Shown: positions 26,359 through 35,617 of the stretch, piece after piece
How positions within the stretch are numbered: position 1 is the stretch's first letter
How the letters are laid out: each line of letters opens with the position of its first letter
Source: a virus
Taxonomy: Duplodnaviria; Caudoviricetes
Strand: one strand, 5' to 3'
Length of the DNA: 43,897 nt
Virus record (IMG/VR): IMGVR_UViG_3300027419_000009
Coordinates: 1 to 43,897 of that record
Notes under the pieces: generated by a model
The model's input: the letters and a program-made list of their open reading frames with translations, nothing else
Databases searched by the model: none
Told to the model about the DNA's origin: nothing
Translations under genes and position numbers: made by a program

Positions 26359-27212
26359 TTTTTATATTCCTCACTGATAATCTTAGGGACAGCATTTTTC
26401 CAATTAATTTTATGATGGATTCGGCGCTGTGTAGTCCCCATCATCCGAATTTTAACACAAGATGGATTATACATGACTGTGTAAAAAGATTTTATATAGG
26501 TTCCAGAATCTAAATAGGTTCCGGTCATTCCCCCTGATTGCTCTTGTGTCTGCCTTTGGACAATTGATATATACAAAATAGAAAAAAAGACAAATCCTTT
26601 ATTCCCTAATTTTATATAGGTGTTTACATCTTCATTGATTCTCCCAATGAATTTAAAAGGTCTTTTTGTTGAGCAAAAAAAGGAATTCATTGCCTTCCGT
26701 CTTGGTATTCTTTTGTATGAAGTTGTCCCGGAAGCCCCACCCATATAATCCCCACCCTGTGCAAACGCTATACTGGAAACATTTATTTTTTTGTAATAAT
26801 TCAGCGTAAGTTTAAAAACATCATCTAAACTCTTTACATCTTTTGCCCCGAAAATGAATCCTTTTTTATATTTATACTCAAACGACTGATAGTCGTCATC
26901 CAATTCAATAAAATATTCATACCCTAAACTCTCAGCAATATCAAAACAGGCATTACGGGCGTAAATGATTGTCCTTCTGTCCTTGAAATTATCTCCCTGA
27001 TCAAACTTTTTAACTATCGCTGACTTGGAAAATTTAATGACATGATCACCATATTTTTTTATATATTCATCACCTGTTTTATCTTCATCATCAATAATCA
27101 GATAAATCTCTCCGGTATAACCGCGATCCCTTAGAGTCTGATATGTCGTAACCCTGTCAGGTCTGCCATGAGTGAGGATAAAAACAATATAATCCCATTT
27201 CTTTTTATTCAT
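26355..27212 (-). CDS. GT-A fold glycosyltransferase, TAGT / GREB1-like (predicted DNA base modification)
   Basis: 'FILTHGRP', 'ARN', 'ELDDDY' (DxD), 'RKAMNSFF', 'GRINEDVNTY', 'GGMT..Y' motifs; probable ATG 27212. Confidence 0.75.
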   Translation of the reverse strand: MNKKKWDYIVFILTHGRPDRVTTYQTLRDRGYTGEIYLIIDDEDKTGDEYIKKYGDHVIKFSKSAIVKKFDQGDNFKDRRTIIYARNACFDIAESLGYEYFIELDDDYQSFEYKYKKGFIFGAKDVKSLDDVFKLTLNYYKKINVSSIAFAQGGDYMGGASGTTSYKRIPRRKAMNSFFCSTKRPFKFIGRINEDVNTYIKLGNKGFVFFSILYISIVQRQTQEQSGGMTGTYLDSGTYIKSFYTVMYNPSCVKIRMMGTTQRRIHHKINWKNAVPKIISEEYKK

Positions 27213-28005
27213 TTGGATAATCCTTTTCAGCCAGATCAAGGATATCATTTGTAAGTTCTACATATCCAGCTTCAATTGCCTTGTCGTAATCAATAATGAC
27301 CAGTGCCTGATCTTCCATAAGCCCCTGTAATTCTTTCCCAGCATGGGCATAATATTCAGCAATACTGGCAAAATCTAAAACGATATGCCTGGTAGCCGCC
27401 AGTTTTAAAAAGTTCTTAATATCTTCTGGAAGCCCAGAAGATTCAATCCTTTTTATTATCTGTAAATATTTATTGTCATCATATAAATCAGCCAGATCAG
27501 GATTTTCTCCTGTAATCTCATAAACAGGAGTATTGATTTTTGTCGTATAAGGCTGATCTCCTGAGCGCAGATGATCCATAAACTCTTTCAAACTTTTAGA
27601 ATCATAACCGGTTAAGCTCATGTTTAAACCAGTTTCCTGAAGTTGTTTCATCAACTCTTTCAATTTGGATTGATTCATATTAGCCAGTTCCGCAATCCGG
27701 TTATCTGCTATTAGATCGGCTGTTTCAAGCTCAGGAGAATCATAATCTTGAAAATCTACTGGTATTAGTTCTACCCCCAGCTCTTTGAGAGCTTCGAGCC
27801 TTCCATGACCGCGGACAACCAATCCTGATAAATTTGAAACGGTTACAGGACAGCGAATCCCTGTTTCCCTGATAATCTCAGCCAGCAATTTAATTTGTCT
27901 TTGAGAATGACCATTAGGATTTTCCGGATTAGGTTTTATCTTAGATACAGGAATTAATTTGTCATAAGCGCATTGAATTTTTATACTACTTTTATTTTTC
28001 GGCAT
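27205..28005 (-). CDS. ParB/Srx N-terminal domain fused to an uncharacterised helical domain
   Basis: 'KPNPENPNGH..QI..L..II...G...PV.V....VVRGHGRLEALKELG..IADNRIAE'; C-terminal 'FLKLAATRH..F..IAEYYAH..LMEDQALVIID'. Confidence 0.8.
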   Translation of the reverse strand: MPKNKSSIKIQCAYDKLIPVSKIKPNPENPNGHSQRQIKLLAEIIRETGIRCPVTVSNLSGLVVRGHGRLEALKELGVELIPVDFQDYDSPELETADLIADNRIAELANMNQSKLKELMKQLQETGLNMSLTGYDSKSLKEFMDHLRSGDQPYTTKINTPVYEITGENPDLADLYDDNKYLQIIKRIESSGLPEDIKNFLKLAATRHIVLDFASIAEYYAHAGKELQGLMEDQALVIIDYDKAIEAGYVELTNDILDLAEKDYPNE

Positions 28006-28669
28006 TATCTATTATCTCCCTTGCCTTTTTAAGGGCTTGAAATATTATCAACCTTGGAATAGATCTAAAACTTGTTTTATTTATAACCTCACTCAGATAT
28101 TCATAATTGTCTTCATTTATATAAATTGATGAATGATAATAGTTACCGCTTGTTTTAAAGATAAAATTCTCAAAGCCGGTAAATGATCCTTCCCTGCATT
28201 TTTCTACCGCAGAATCTACCATGAATGAGCTTATTTTTTTCCTTCCCATTAGTTCCATGGCAGTTTTTAGAATACAATAATTTTCGCGACTCATATAAAC
28301 GCTGACAATATTTTTTTGTTCATCTAGTTTTGGATATTTTATTAGCGAGAGATTATGGGTATCAGTGGGAGAGTTAAAATCCCATTGGCTTAAAATAGCT
28401 TTTCCCTTCTCTGTAACTTGGAATTCATACCATTTAGCCTTAGAATCATCATCAAATTTCAGATCATTTTGTATTTCTTTTTTTTCTATCAGACTATTAA
28501 ATAGCATAGTATTAATCGTCTTGTTTTTTATTATTATTGGTCTTCCGTTGCCAATATTGATTAATTCGCAATCATCTTTTCCTAAAGATGTTGATTGCAG
28601 TAACTGGCAGCCGTTCAACATTGCCTGAATGATTCTAAAATGCTTATCGAATAATGGCTTTATCTGCAT
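27992..28669 (-). CDS. Putative transcription regulator (wHTH-like N-terminus, two RHH-like repeats)
   Basis: Two repeats 'VSVYMSRENYCILK..ISSFM..A' and 'SSIYINEDNYEYLS..IPRLI..A'; precedes the packaging genes. Confidence 0.5.
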   Translation of the reverse strand: MQIKPLFDKHFRIIQAMLNGCQLLQSTSLGKDDCELINIGNGRPIIIKNKTINTMLFNSLIEKKEIQNDLKFDDDSKAKWYEFQVTEKGKAILSQWDFNSPTDTHNLSLIKYPKLDEQKNIVSVYMSRENYCILKTAMELMGRKKISSFMVDSAVEKCREGSFTGFENFIFKTSGNYYHSSIYINEDNYEYLSEVINKTSFRSIPRLIIFQALKKAREIIDNAEK

Positions 28670-28678
28670 TTAAACCCC

Positions 28679-29302
28679 TTAGAGTTTTAGCATTGGTTCG
28701 GTAATGAATGTTGCGGTCATATCTGCAACCTGTAAAAATCCTATCAGCCTTGATTGAGTATGAGCCAGTGCCATATCACTTGATAAAGCAAATTCTTTCG
28801 AGCCTTCAGTATAGCCTGCCATATGCCAGATTATAGATAAAGCCTCGTCATTTGTAAGGTCAGTAATATATTTTTGTAATAGAAAGACAGACTTTGCTCC
28901 ATGCCCAAGGGGAAGTCTTTTTTCATCCATCATATAAACTTGATATGCTTCCCATTTTCCAGTTTTTTCATCTTTCCTATTTCTTGTGCCTGTCCTATAC
29001 ATATCGAATTTACATAGATCATGGAATAAAGAGATTAACAAGGCTGATCTGTAAAGCTCTTGTTCATCCTTCAGTCCATATACATCGGATAATATTTCCA
29101 TTGAGTTATAAACTCCTATTGAATGGGCAACTAAACCACCTGGTATGTTTAAATGATACTGGATTGAAGCCGGTTGATTTGGAAAATCTGTTTTTTCCAG
29201 ATATTCGAGTAATGCCTTTATCTGTTTGAATCTGTGATGATCTTCTGGATAAATCCCCAGGGCTAACATTTTGAAACTTTCAAATCCTAAACTTTTTTCC
29301 AT
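28679..29302 (-). CDS. HD-domain phosphohydrolase
   Basis: 'PAS..YH...GGLVAHS', 'HDLCK', 'GHG.KS', 'WHM', 'AD' motifs. Confidence 0.9.
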   Translation of the reverse strand: MEKSLGFESFKMLALGIYPEDHHRFKQIKALLEYLEKTDFPNQPASIQYHLNIPGGLVAHSIGVYNSMEILSDVYGLKDEQELYRSALLISLFHDLCKFDMYRTGTRNRKDEKTGKWEAYQVYMMDEKRLPLGHGAKSVFLLQKYITDLTNDEALSIIWHMAGYTEGSKEFALSSDMALAHTQSRLIGFLQVADMTATFITEPMLKL

Positions 29303-30060
29303 TTTGATTTTTCCTCACTCAATCTTGAGATTGTGCCTAATATTCTGGCGTTTATTGATTGAAGTTCTTCTATAGCCTTAACTTCCAGACTATTCTTAAG
29401 ATCACAGAACCTGTAATAATCATTTACGTTTTCTATCCCAAATTCAACCAGCAACTTCTTAAACTGAGATAGGCTTATATTTTCATTTTCCAGCCTTTTA
29501 TTGGCTGTCCTTAATTCCTGACAATATGTATTTAACGCTTTTTTAATCTTCCCTGAAACAGCATGACCTAATAACCTATGATCATTACGTTCAGCCAGCA
29601 ATCGTTTATAAAATTCATATTTACCTTCATTTTGAAATTGATTCTTTGATTCTACAACCCGACTCATTAAGATATATTGATATAAAGATTCTGGAATATT
29701 ATTAGTCCTACGGGCAGCTTGCTTCTTTTTAATCAGCCTTGTCCCTTTTGATGTAACCCAATATAAACCGGCTTCGGATGGCAGCTCATTTACATCTATT
29801 AACCCATTAGGACAAACAAAATAAAATTCATGGCAATAATCAAGATAATTCTGCCATTTTTTATCATTGAGGAAATCACTACGGGAAACTTTTATCTCAT
29901 ATCCTTTTATGACCATTTGAGACCATGACCTGGGCATAGCCCAATAATCAAGACGATAATGATTATTCATCCAGGTTGTCCCGGTCTTGACCTCTGATAG
30001 GGAGAAATCATCTTTATGCTTTTGTTTTAGAAGTTCAATAATTTGTTTTGAATTTATCAT
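29287..30060 (-). CDS. MmcB-like PD-(D/E)XK protein
   Basis: 'EVK..RLDY..GYEIKVSRSDFLND.KW..Y..YC..FYFVCP' motif. Confidence 0.8.
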   Translation of the reverse strand: MINSKQIIELLKQKHKDDFSLSEVKTGTTWMNNHYRLDYWAMPRSWSQMVIKGYEIKVSRSDFLNDKKWQNYLDYCHEFYFVCPNGLIDVNELPSEAGLYWVTSKGTRLIKKKQAARRTNNIPESLYQYILMSRVVESKNQFQNEGKYEFYKRLLAERNDHRLLGHAVSGKIKKALNTYCQELRTANKRLENENISLSQFKKLLVEFGIENVNDYYRFCDLKNSLEVKAIEELQSINARILGTISRLSEEKSKWKKV

Positions 30061-30374
30061 CTGTTTTTTCTTTCATCTAATATTTCCTTTTCCATTTTAT
30101 CGCTTTTCCAAGTGTCTCTTATTTCCATAATAGAGTCCCTGTTTTTTGCTATATTTTGGAGAAGATTATAAACAGGCTTATCCTCAGAAAACCAGTTAGA
30201 TTTTTCATATAAATCAAGCCTTACCCGCTGCCTATTTGCGTCAAAAATCTCATTTGCTCTTTTCTCTATTATGTCCTGTATTTTTGAAAAAATAGCAAAT
30301 ATTATAAATAGACAGATTGTAAAGATAATGATAAAAGAACTGATTGCCCCAATAATAGTTAGGAAAATATTCAT
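30057..30374 (-). CDS. Hypothetical membrane-anchored protein
   Basis: N-terminal TM helix. Confidence 0.65.
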   Translation of the reverse strand: MNIFLTIIGAISSFIIIFTICLFIIFAIFSKIQDIIEKRANEIFDANRQRVRLDLYEKSNWFSEDKPVYNLLQNIAKNRDSIMEIRDTWKSDKMEKEILDERKNR

Positions 30375-30378
30375 TTGC

Positions 30379-30723
30379 TCACCTCAATATTTCAAGAATT
30401 CTTTCGAGTTTATTTATATCAAGATCCTGTGAATAAATATCATTCAGTTTTTTAATAATTAACATCCGTTTTTTTAAACATTTATTTAAATTAATTATTG
30501 TCTCAACTTCTTTACACATTGGGACTATCCGGTAGGAATACCAGTCTCCATCGTGCATGATACCATTGGAATCAAAAGATCTATTATTAGATAATTTTAT
30601 ATTCCCCCTTTTTGATTTAGATATTACTGTTTCAGAGGAAACAGTTGGATATTTAGTGTTGTCGTCAATAACATAAACCTGATCACCAGGCATTAAATTT
30701 TTAAGCCAGTCAATCCTGTCCAT
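30379..30723 (-). CDS. Hypothetical protein (SH3-like beta-barrel)
   Basis: 'LMPGDQVYV' pattern; AGGAG RBS. Confidence 0.65.
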   Translation of the reverse strand: MDRIDWLKNLMPGDQVYVIDDNTKYPTVSSETVISKSKRGNIKLSNNRSFDSNGIMHDGDWYSYRIVPMCKEVETIINLNKCLKKRMLIIKKLNDIYSQDLDINKLERILEILR

Positions 30724-30735
30724 TTATAATATCTC

Positions 30736-31077
30736 CTATGCCTTAAAATTTTTCCAAAATATGGCTTTCCGCTTTATATCACGGCGCCTAAATTCCTTTT
30801 TGATTATTTTATAAATATTAGTTTCAGCTTGATCTTTGCTGCATACCGAGAAATAAAAAACATCAAACTCTTTATTATGGTTTGCATGTAGTATCCGGCT
30901 AGGATCAGCATTTTTATCGACAATAATATTGATGATTTTCCTATTATTAATTTTTCGGCTGAAGTGGTCGGCTATTCTAATAGATAATATCATTTCTGAA
31001 TTTTTTTCAAAAACCTGATATTGTCTATAAATTGACCCTGTTTTTGATTCGAGAGAATCTACTAATTTTATTCTCAT
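30736..31077 (-). CDS. Hypothetical protein ('S.TGSIY..IRIADH' motif)
   Basis: ORF with AAGGGAG RBS; motif recalls small polyvalent-protein-associated domains. Confidence 0.6.
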   Translation of the reverse strand: MRIKLVDSLESKTGSIYRQYQVFEKNSEMILSIRIADHFSRKINNRKIINIIVDKNADPSRILHANHNKEFDVFYFSVCSKDQAETNIYKIIKKEFRRRDIKRKAIFWKNFKA

Positions 31078-31089
31078 TTTTCTCCCTTA

Positions 31090-31371
31090 TTAAAATGGCA
31101 AATCTTCTTGAATTTTATGTTTTCCAATTATTTCTTTTAGGGGAAAATACGCTCCAACTCCAAAGACAATATTATCAAGCAAAATATCATATATAGGGAA
31201 GCTATCAGCGGCAGCCACTACTACACATTTACCCCTAATAGTAATAGCCTCTAAAAGCTCCCCTCTGGTTATTGACAAATCTAAATCTTTAACTATAAAA
31301 AGATAGCGTTTCTTTTCCGGGTCTCCTGGATGATAACAAAACACAATATTATAGATTTTCAATTTACCCAA
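31090..31371 (-). CDS. Hypothetical protein
   Basis: Fills the gap in the operon; TTG start. Confidence 0.55.
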   Translation of the reverse strand: MGKLKIYNIVFCYHPGDPEKKRYLFIVKDLDLSITRGELLEAITIRGKCVVVAAADSFPIYDILLDNIVFGVGAYFPLKEIIGKHKIQEDLPF

Positions 31372-31535
31372 CTTTCCATATCAGATTTGAAATCTTCCCA
31401 GCATATAAAACAGATTGTTTTATCTATTAACTTATGCCAGTTATTTTTATTCATAAATTCTTCCATTTCATCTTGGCTTTTAAACTCATATTCTTTAGCG
31501 CATGAGTAACAGGTTAAAATTTTTACATCATCCAT
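31359..31535 (-). CDS. Small zinc-finger protein (58 aa)
   Basis: Not in ORF track: MDDVKILTCYSC...W...TICFICWEDF; two CxxC pairs; GAGGA RBS. Confidence 0.65.
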   Translation of the reverse strand: MDDVKILTCYSCAKEYEFKSQDEMEEFMNKNNWHKLIDKTICFICWEDFKSDMESWVN

Positions 31536-31902
31536 TATTCTGATCCTCGATTAAAACAGAGAAGCCTTTTAGTATTTTTGTTAATATCCCATGTGCCGGG
31601 ACTGCATAAACTCTTTTATTAGGTGGGTATTTACGATGATCTAGCCCGTTATCAAGTTCAGCTTCCTCACGTGAGAAATAGACAGCCTCAGTTCTCCATG
31701 TCTCCCAATATTCGCTTTCCTCTAATTGCTCAATGCTGTCATAATCTCCATCAATTTGATTTTCGCAATCATGATCATGATCACCACAGCAATCATAATC
31801 TTCATTTCTAGGATAAAGTTCTCTCACCTGATAAAGAAATATAGGATTTTCGAGGGCTTCTTCCCATTGGACATCTTTTCTCTTTCTTATTGGAAAATTC
31901 AT
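31528..31902 (-). CDS. Hypothetical acidic protein
   Basis: ORF in operon; CCGDHDHDC cluster. Confidence 0.65.
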   Translation of the reverse strand: MNFPIRKRKDVQWEEALENPIFLYQVRELYPRNEDYDCCGDHDHDCENQIDGDYDSIEQLEESEYWETWRTEAVYFSREEAELDNGLDHRKYPPNKRVYAVPAHGILTKILKGFSVLIEDQNNG

Positions 31903-31987
31903 TTTTTATATCCTTCCCCTTCCGCAATGCTTTTTATTTTTACCGGTTTCAATTTTAACTTCAATCATTGTTTTAATTGTTTTCATA

Positions 31988-32578
31988 TTAAGCCTTTTTA
32001 CCCCCATGCCTATATGGTCTTGTTTTGTTGTATTCATGCTTCTCTTTAATGATTTCCATTAAATCATGGTCTAAATATTTAGCATAGGCAAAACATCCGA
32101 TTATTGATCTTGTTAAAATCTCAGATATTTTACCTATCATCACAAGATTGTTTTTCTCAGCCCTGTAAATCTCTAAAGATTTTGAAACATTAAAATGTAA
32201 ACAGCAAATATGATTTAAAAATATTTCTTTTTTATATATATCAAATTGATTTATTTCTAAAAGACATTCCAAAAATTTTGAAAATAGATTTTTATAATCT
32301 AATGTTTCCATATACGTTTCAATATTTATTTGATAATGACCAAATAAATCCATTATCCTAATCACATAATCAGCCATTTCAACTAAATAACCTTCCGGCT
32401 TATTATCTTTATAATAGACAGCCATAATATTAGATTGTTCAGCTTCAAAAGCCTCTGAAATCTCTGAATGAAGTAATACTAATAATTCTGGAAGTTCTCT
32501 ATTTTTATTCCACCAACCGTGATCAATTGCTGTTTGATGTATTTCATCTTGTAGTTTTTTTAATTCCTCAATATTCAT
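31988..32578 (-). CDS. MazG-like nucleotide pyrophosphohydrolase (duplicated helical module)
   Basis: 'LLHSEISEAFEA..E.ADYVIRIMD' and C-terminal 'EKHEYNKTRPYRHGGK'. Confidence 0.85.
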   Translation of the reverse strand: MNIEELKKLQDEIHQTAIDHGWWNKNRELPELLVLLHSEISEAFEAEQSNIMAVYYKDNKPEGYLVEMADYVIRIMDLFGHYQINIETYMETLDYKNLFSKFLECLLEINQFDIYKKEIFLNHICCLHFNVSKSLEIYRAEKNNLVMIGKISEILTRSIIGCFAYAKYLDHDLMEIIKEKHEYNKTRPYRHGGKKA

Positions 32579-32580
32579 TA

Positions 32581-33054
32581 TTATTTTTCCTCTCTTTGGT
32601 TCTGGTTTATGAAACAGATTAATTCAACTAAACAATTTAAAATAGTTTTGCATTCAAAATTTACAGATATTTTTTTACCATCTTTTACATGTCTGTATTT
32701 TAGAATAAAACCCCTTGATCCATCTCTGAAACAAGTTTTAATTTCCAACCTTAAATATTGACGCAAGCCTAACAGATCAATCAGGTCTTGCTGGGTAAAA
32801 AATCTAGGTTGAATCTGATCGTTATAGCTGCAATGATGAATCCGGTAAAAATCACTATTGGACATTCTAAAAACATCACCATTAGGGCGAATATATAAGG
32901 TAGATTCAAATTCTGTTTTCTTCTGAGGTAATCCTAATTCTTTTAATTTTAACGCTTCTCTATAGTTAGTCCCTTCTATCATAAAATTCATTTTAGTTTC
33001 CATGATTTTCTTATCCACGAAATACCCCTTTAGCCTCTTTTTTATAAATTTCAT
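32581..33054 (-). CDS. Hypothetical protein
   Basis: ORF in operon; 'ALKLKELGLPQ' motif common in phage hypotheticals. Confidence 0.6.
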   Translation of the reverse strand: MKFIKKRLKGYFVDKKIMETKMNFMIEGTNYREALKLKELGLPQKKTEFESTLYIRPNGDVFRMSNSDFYRIHHCSYNDQIQPRFFTQQDLIDLLGLRQYLRLEIKTCFRDGSRGFILKYRHVKDGKKISVNFECKTILNCLVELICFINQNQREEK

Positions 33055-33547
33055 ATAAATCAGATTTTTTAAATTTTTCGTTGGCTTGTATTACCTGATT
33101 TATAAAAAGATCGTTCCTTTCTCCGCTAAACTGTGAATTCCAGTCATTAACGGAATAAAAATAATTACAGCTAACCCTGATATGTGGATTTTTAACGCAC
33201 CTGTTAAAACATCCTATTTGGTTTTCTTCTGCCTTATATTGGACTGGACCGCAACAATATGGGCAAGGTATTGGTTTTATCAACTGAAGTTTTTCTGTAT
33301 AGGCATTCCAGTTACGGGAAGCCCATTGAATAGTTGAGCTGCTAACATGGAATCCCCTATCATTGGGACAGCTAAAATAATAGGTAGGAATAAATTTGTT
33401 TTTTGTGTCAATCAATGAGTAAATTATTGGAAGATCAAGACAATGGTTGCATCTTTTTATTTTTAATTTTTTAAAATCTACTGAATTGGAAATATCAATC
33501 AACATTTTTTTATCTCCCTTTTTATTTTTTAAATCTATTTTCCCCAA
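33011..33547 (-). CDS. Tandem Lar-like zinc-ribbon protein
   Basis: Two repeats CxxC...C...WN (CNHC..WN; CPYC..C..C..WN). Confidence 0.55.
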   Translation of the reverse strand: MGKIDLKNKKGDKKMLIDISNSVDFKKLKIKRCNHCLDLPIIYSLIDTKNKFIPTYYFSCPNDRGFHVSSSTIQWASRNWNAYTEKLQLIKPIPCPYCCGPVQYKAEENQIGCFNRCVKNPHIRVSCNYFYSVNDWNSQFSGERNDLFINQVIQANEKFKKSDLYEIYKKEAKGVFRG

Positions 33548-33956
33548 CTTCCCAGCCGGGTATCAGAAATCTTAAAGCCTTATTCACTTTGAACCAGTCA
33601 GAATCAATAACCCTGATTTTAATATCTGGATAATATTTAGCCATCCGTTTTAGTTTTGTCTGGCTTTTAGAGTCCATGAAACCCTTTACCTCATGGTATT
33701 CTATTGAACCATTTTTATTTATAATTTTGAAATCGGGAAGATAGGATCGAACCCCTCTTTTAATTGCCTCAAACCAGAATGTTTCCGGCTCATAAAGCCA
33801 ATCAGATATCTTATTTTTTTCTCTCAAGAAATCTAAATATCTGGCATAGTTTTTCTCATAAAGGGACTTGAAATAATATTTTTTTTCAATCCCATCTTCA
33901 CCAACTCCGAAGGATAACCAACCCTTGTTATCCGATGTGTTGAACCATTTAGGCAT
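33522..33956 (-). CDS. PD-(D/E)XK endonuclease (DUF1064-like, possible resolvase)
   Basis: 'FKS..E..YA..L..YEP..YLPDF..HEVKG' motif. Confidence 0.8.
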   Translation of the reverse strand: MPKWFNTSDNKGWLSFGVGEDGIEKKYYFKSLYEKNYARYLDFLREKNKISDWLYEPETFWFEAIKRGVRSYLPDFKIINKNGSIEYHEVKGFMDSKSQTKLKRMAKYYPDIKIRVIDSDWFKVNKALRFLIPGWEVGENRFKK

Positions 33957-34513
33957 TAAAGATCTTCCTGATCTTCTGATTCAATTCCTTCTGATTCAGG
34001 TTCAATGTCTTTTGCTTCTACTGAAGCCCAGGGATTTAGGTAATGATAATCAGATTTTTTATCAGCTTCCTTAGTATATTTCAATTTAATTTCTTCTGGA
34101 ATTTCAGTCTTAGTAACTGTTTTAGTGGTGATAAATGCCACCATTTCTCCAACCTGAATACGGGCATTATCACCCGGATTGGCTGGTTCATAAGGTCTGA
34201 GCTTCTTTTTTAAATCCTTTTTTATTTCAGCAATCTGTTTTTTAATGCTTGATAAAGGTTTTTCCAGATCACTCACTTTTTTTATCAGAAAAGCGACCTG
34301 GTCATCTATGATCTGATATTTATGAGTTCTGGTATCAGGGTCAAAAGAATAATCTTCTTTATACATTGGCTCTGATTTTTCAGCCTCAAATAATTCATTT
34401 TCTGCCTTAATCCTATCCCCGACTTTTTTCAATGTTTTAAAATCGGTTGAGACTGTCTTTCCATCTGGCGTTCTAATTTCAATTCGTTCATCATTTTTGG
34501 TCATTTTCTTCAA
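33956..34513 (-). CDS. Hypothetical coiled-coil protein
   Basis: ORF in operon; AAGGAG RBS. Confidence 0.65.
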   Translation of the reverse strand: MKKMTKNDERIEIRTPDGKTVSTDFKTLKKVGDRIKAENELFEAEKSEPMYKEDYSFDPDTRTHKYQIIDDQVAFLIKKVSDLEKPLSSIKKQIAEIKKDLKKKLRPYEPANPGDNARIQVGEMVAFITTKTVTKTEIPEEIKLKYTKEADKKSDYHYLNPWASVEAKDIEPESEGIESEDQEDL

Positions 34514-34877
34514 TCTCCTTTAATATTTTTTGGGTTAATTTATAGATATAATTATCTATTTCAGGGCATGGTAAATAACTGTGTAAAGTGTCTGGTTTAA
34601 ATTTTAGCGTTACATATCTTTTAATAACATCTGTAAAATCAGGTATTACAAGTCCGGTAACATTGTCTGTGGTATCATTCGGATTTTCAAATTTTAAAAT
34701 CAGATCGCTATTTATCGCGGATTCCATTTTTATCCAACTTCCACCTGCATTGTTAAATAGATAAATCAATTCAGAGTCTGCCATTATCGCAAACTCAATA
34801 TAACCTTTCTTACATTCATCCTGATCAATATAAATTGATTCTCTCCATCTGGTATTTAGTTCCGGAAGCATACTCAT
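34491..34877 (-). CDS. Hypothetical protein
   Basis: ATGA coupling with the loader gene. Confidence 0.65.
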   Translation of the reverse strand: MSMLPELNTRWRESIYIDQDECKKGYIEFAIMADSELIYLFNNAGGSWIKMESAINSDLILKFENPNDTTDNVTGLVIPDFTDVIKRYVTLKFKPDTLHSYLPCPEIDNYIYKLTQKILKEIEENDQK

Positions 34878-35617
34878 TTTTTTATCTCCCGATGATCAGG
34901 ACCGACTACATTAAAAATTTCTGAAACTTCTACCAGCCTTGAATAAATCCTTGAATTACAAGATAGTTCCTTTTTATTTAAATTCGATGTTAAAAAAGTT
35001 GATTTCATGTAATTGTATCTATGATTTATCAGAGAATAAATTTGCTCGTTAACCCATTCTGAATCTTTTTGGGTTCCGTAATCATCAATGATTAGTATGT
35101 CAGCGTTTTTACAGGTATTAATAAGCTCATACCTGTCCTTATTTTCTATATTCCTGAGATAGTCAAAATAATCATTGAATGATATGTATTTTAGATTTAT
35201 ATTTATCAACCGCCGTAGAATTAGCTTGGCAATTATAACTGTGGCAGTGGTCTTTCCTGACCCAGTGTTTCCAAGTAAAACCAACCCGTTTTTTTTGTTC
35301 TTAATGTCGTATTGGGTTGAATAACTTTTTATGAGATTTACAATAGGATCATCCGGGGAATATAAATCTAAATTCAGGTCAATAAATCTCGGTGGGATAT
35401 TCGATTTTAGAAGTCTAAAATTGATAGCCTTCTCATTGTTGCATTTGCATGGATGGTATAGCCCTAAACGGTAATCATCCCATACCATACCCTCACCATC
35501 ACAATAAGGGCAAACGCTATCATCAATATTTGATTTATTACTGATAGTATTTTTAAGATCGAGTAATTTCTGTTTTAGTTCGGTCATTTGTGCTTCCCCA
35601 CAAGTTTTCGTTAGCAT
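34874..35617 (-). CDS. DnaC/IstB-like helicase loader ATPase
   Basis: CPYC..C.C zinc motif, Walker A GNTGSGKT, Walker B LIIDDYG, 'TSN', 'RIYSRL'; alternative start 35587. Confidence 0.9.
   Translation of the reverse strand: MLTKTCGEAQMTELKQKLLDLKNTISNKSNIDDSVCPYCDGEGMVWDDYRLGLYHPCKCNNEKAINFRLLKSNIPPRFIDLNLDLYSPDDPIVNLIKSYSTQYDIKNKKNGLVLLGNTGSGKTTATVIIAKLILRRLININLKYISFNDYFDYLRNIENKDRYELINTCKNADILIIDDYGTQKDSEWVNEQIYSLINHRYNYMKSTFLTSNLNKKELSCNSRIYSRLVEVSEIFNVVGPDHREIKK

Noticed and set aside
27205-28005. Plasmid-prophage partition system
   Set aside because: ParB-N is fused to an unrelated domain, lies beside the glycosyltransferase and terS, and has no ParA partner
31906-31986. 26-aa ORF MKTIKTMIEVKIETGKNKKHCGRGRI
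   Set aside because: Fills an operon gap and may be real, but is too short to support a call
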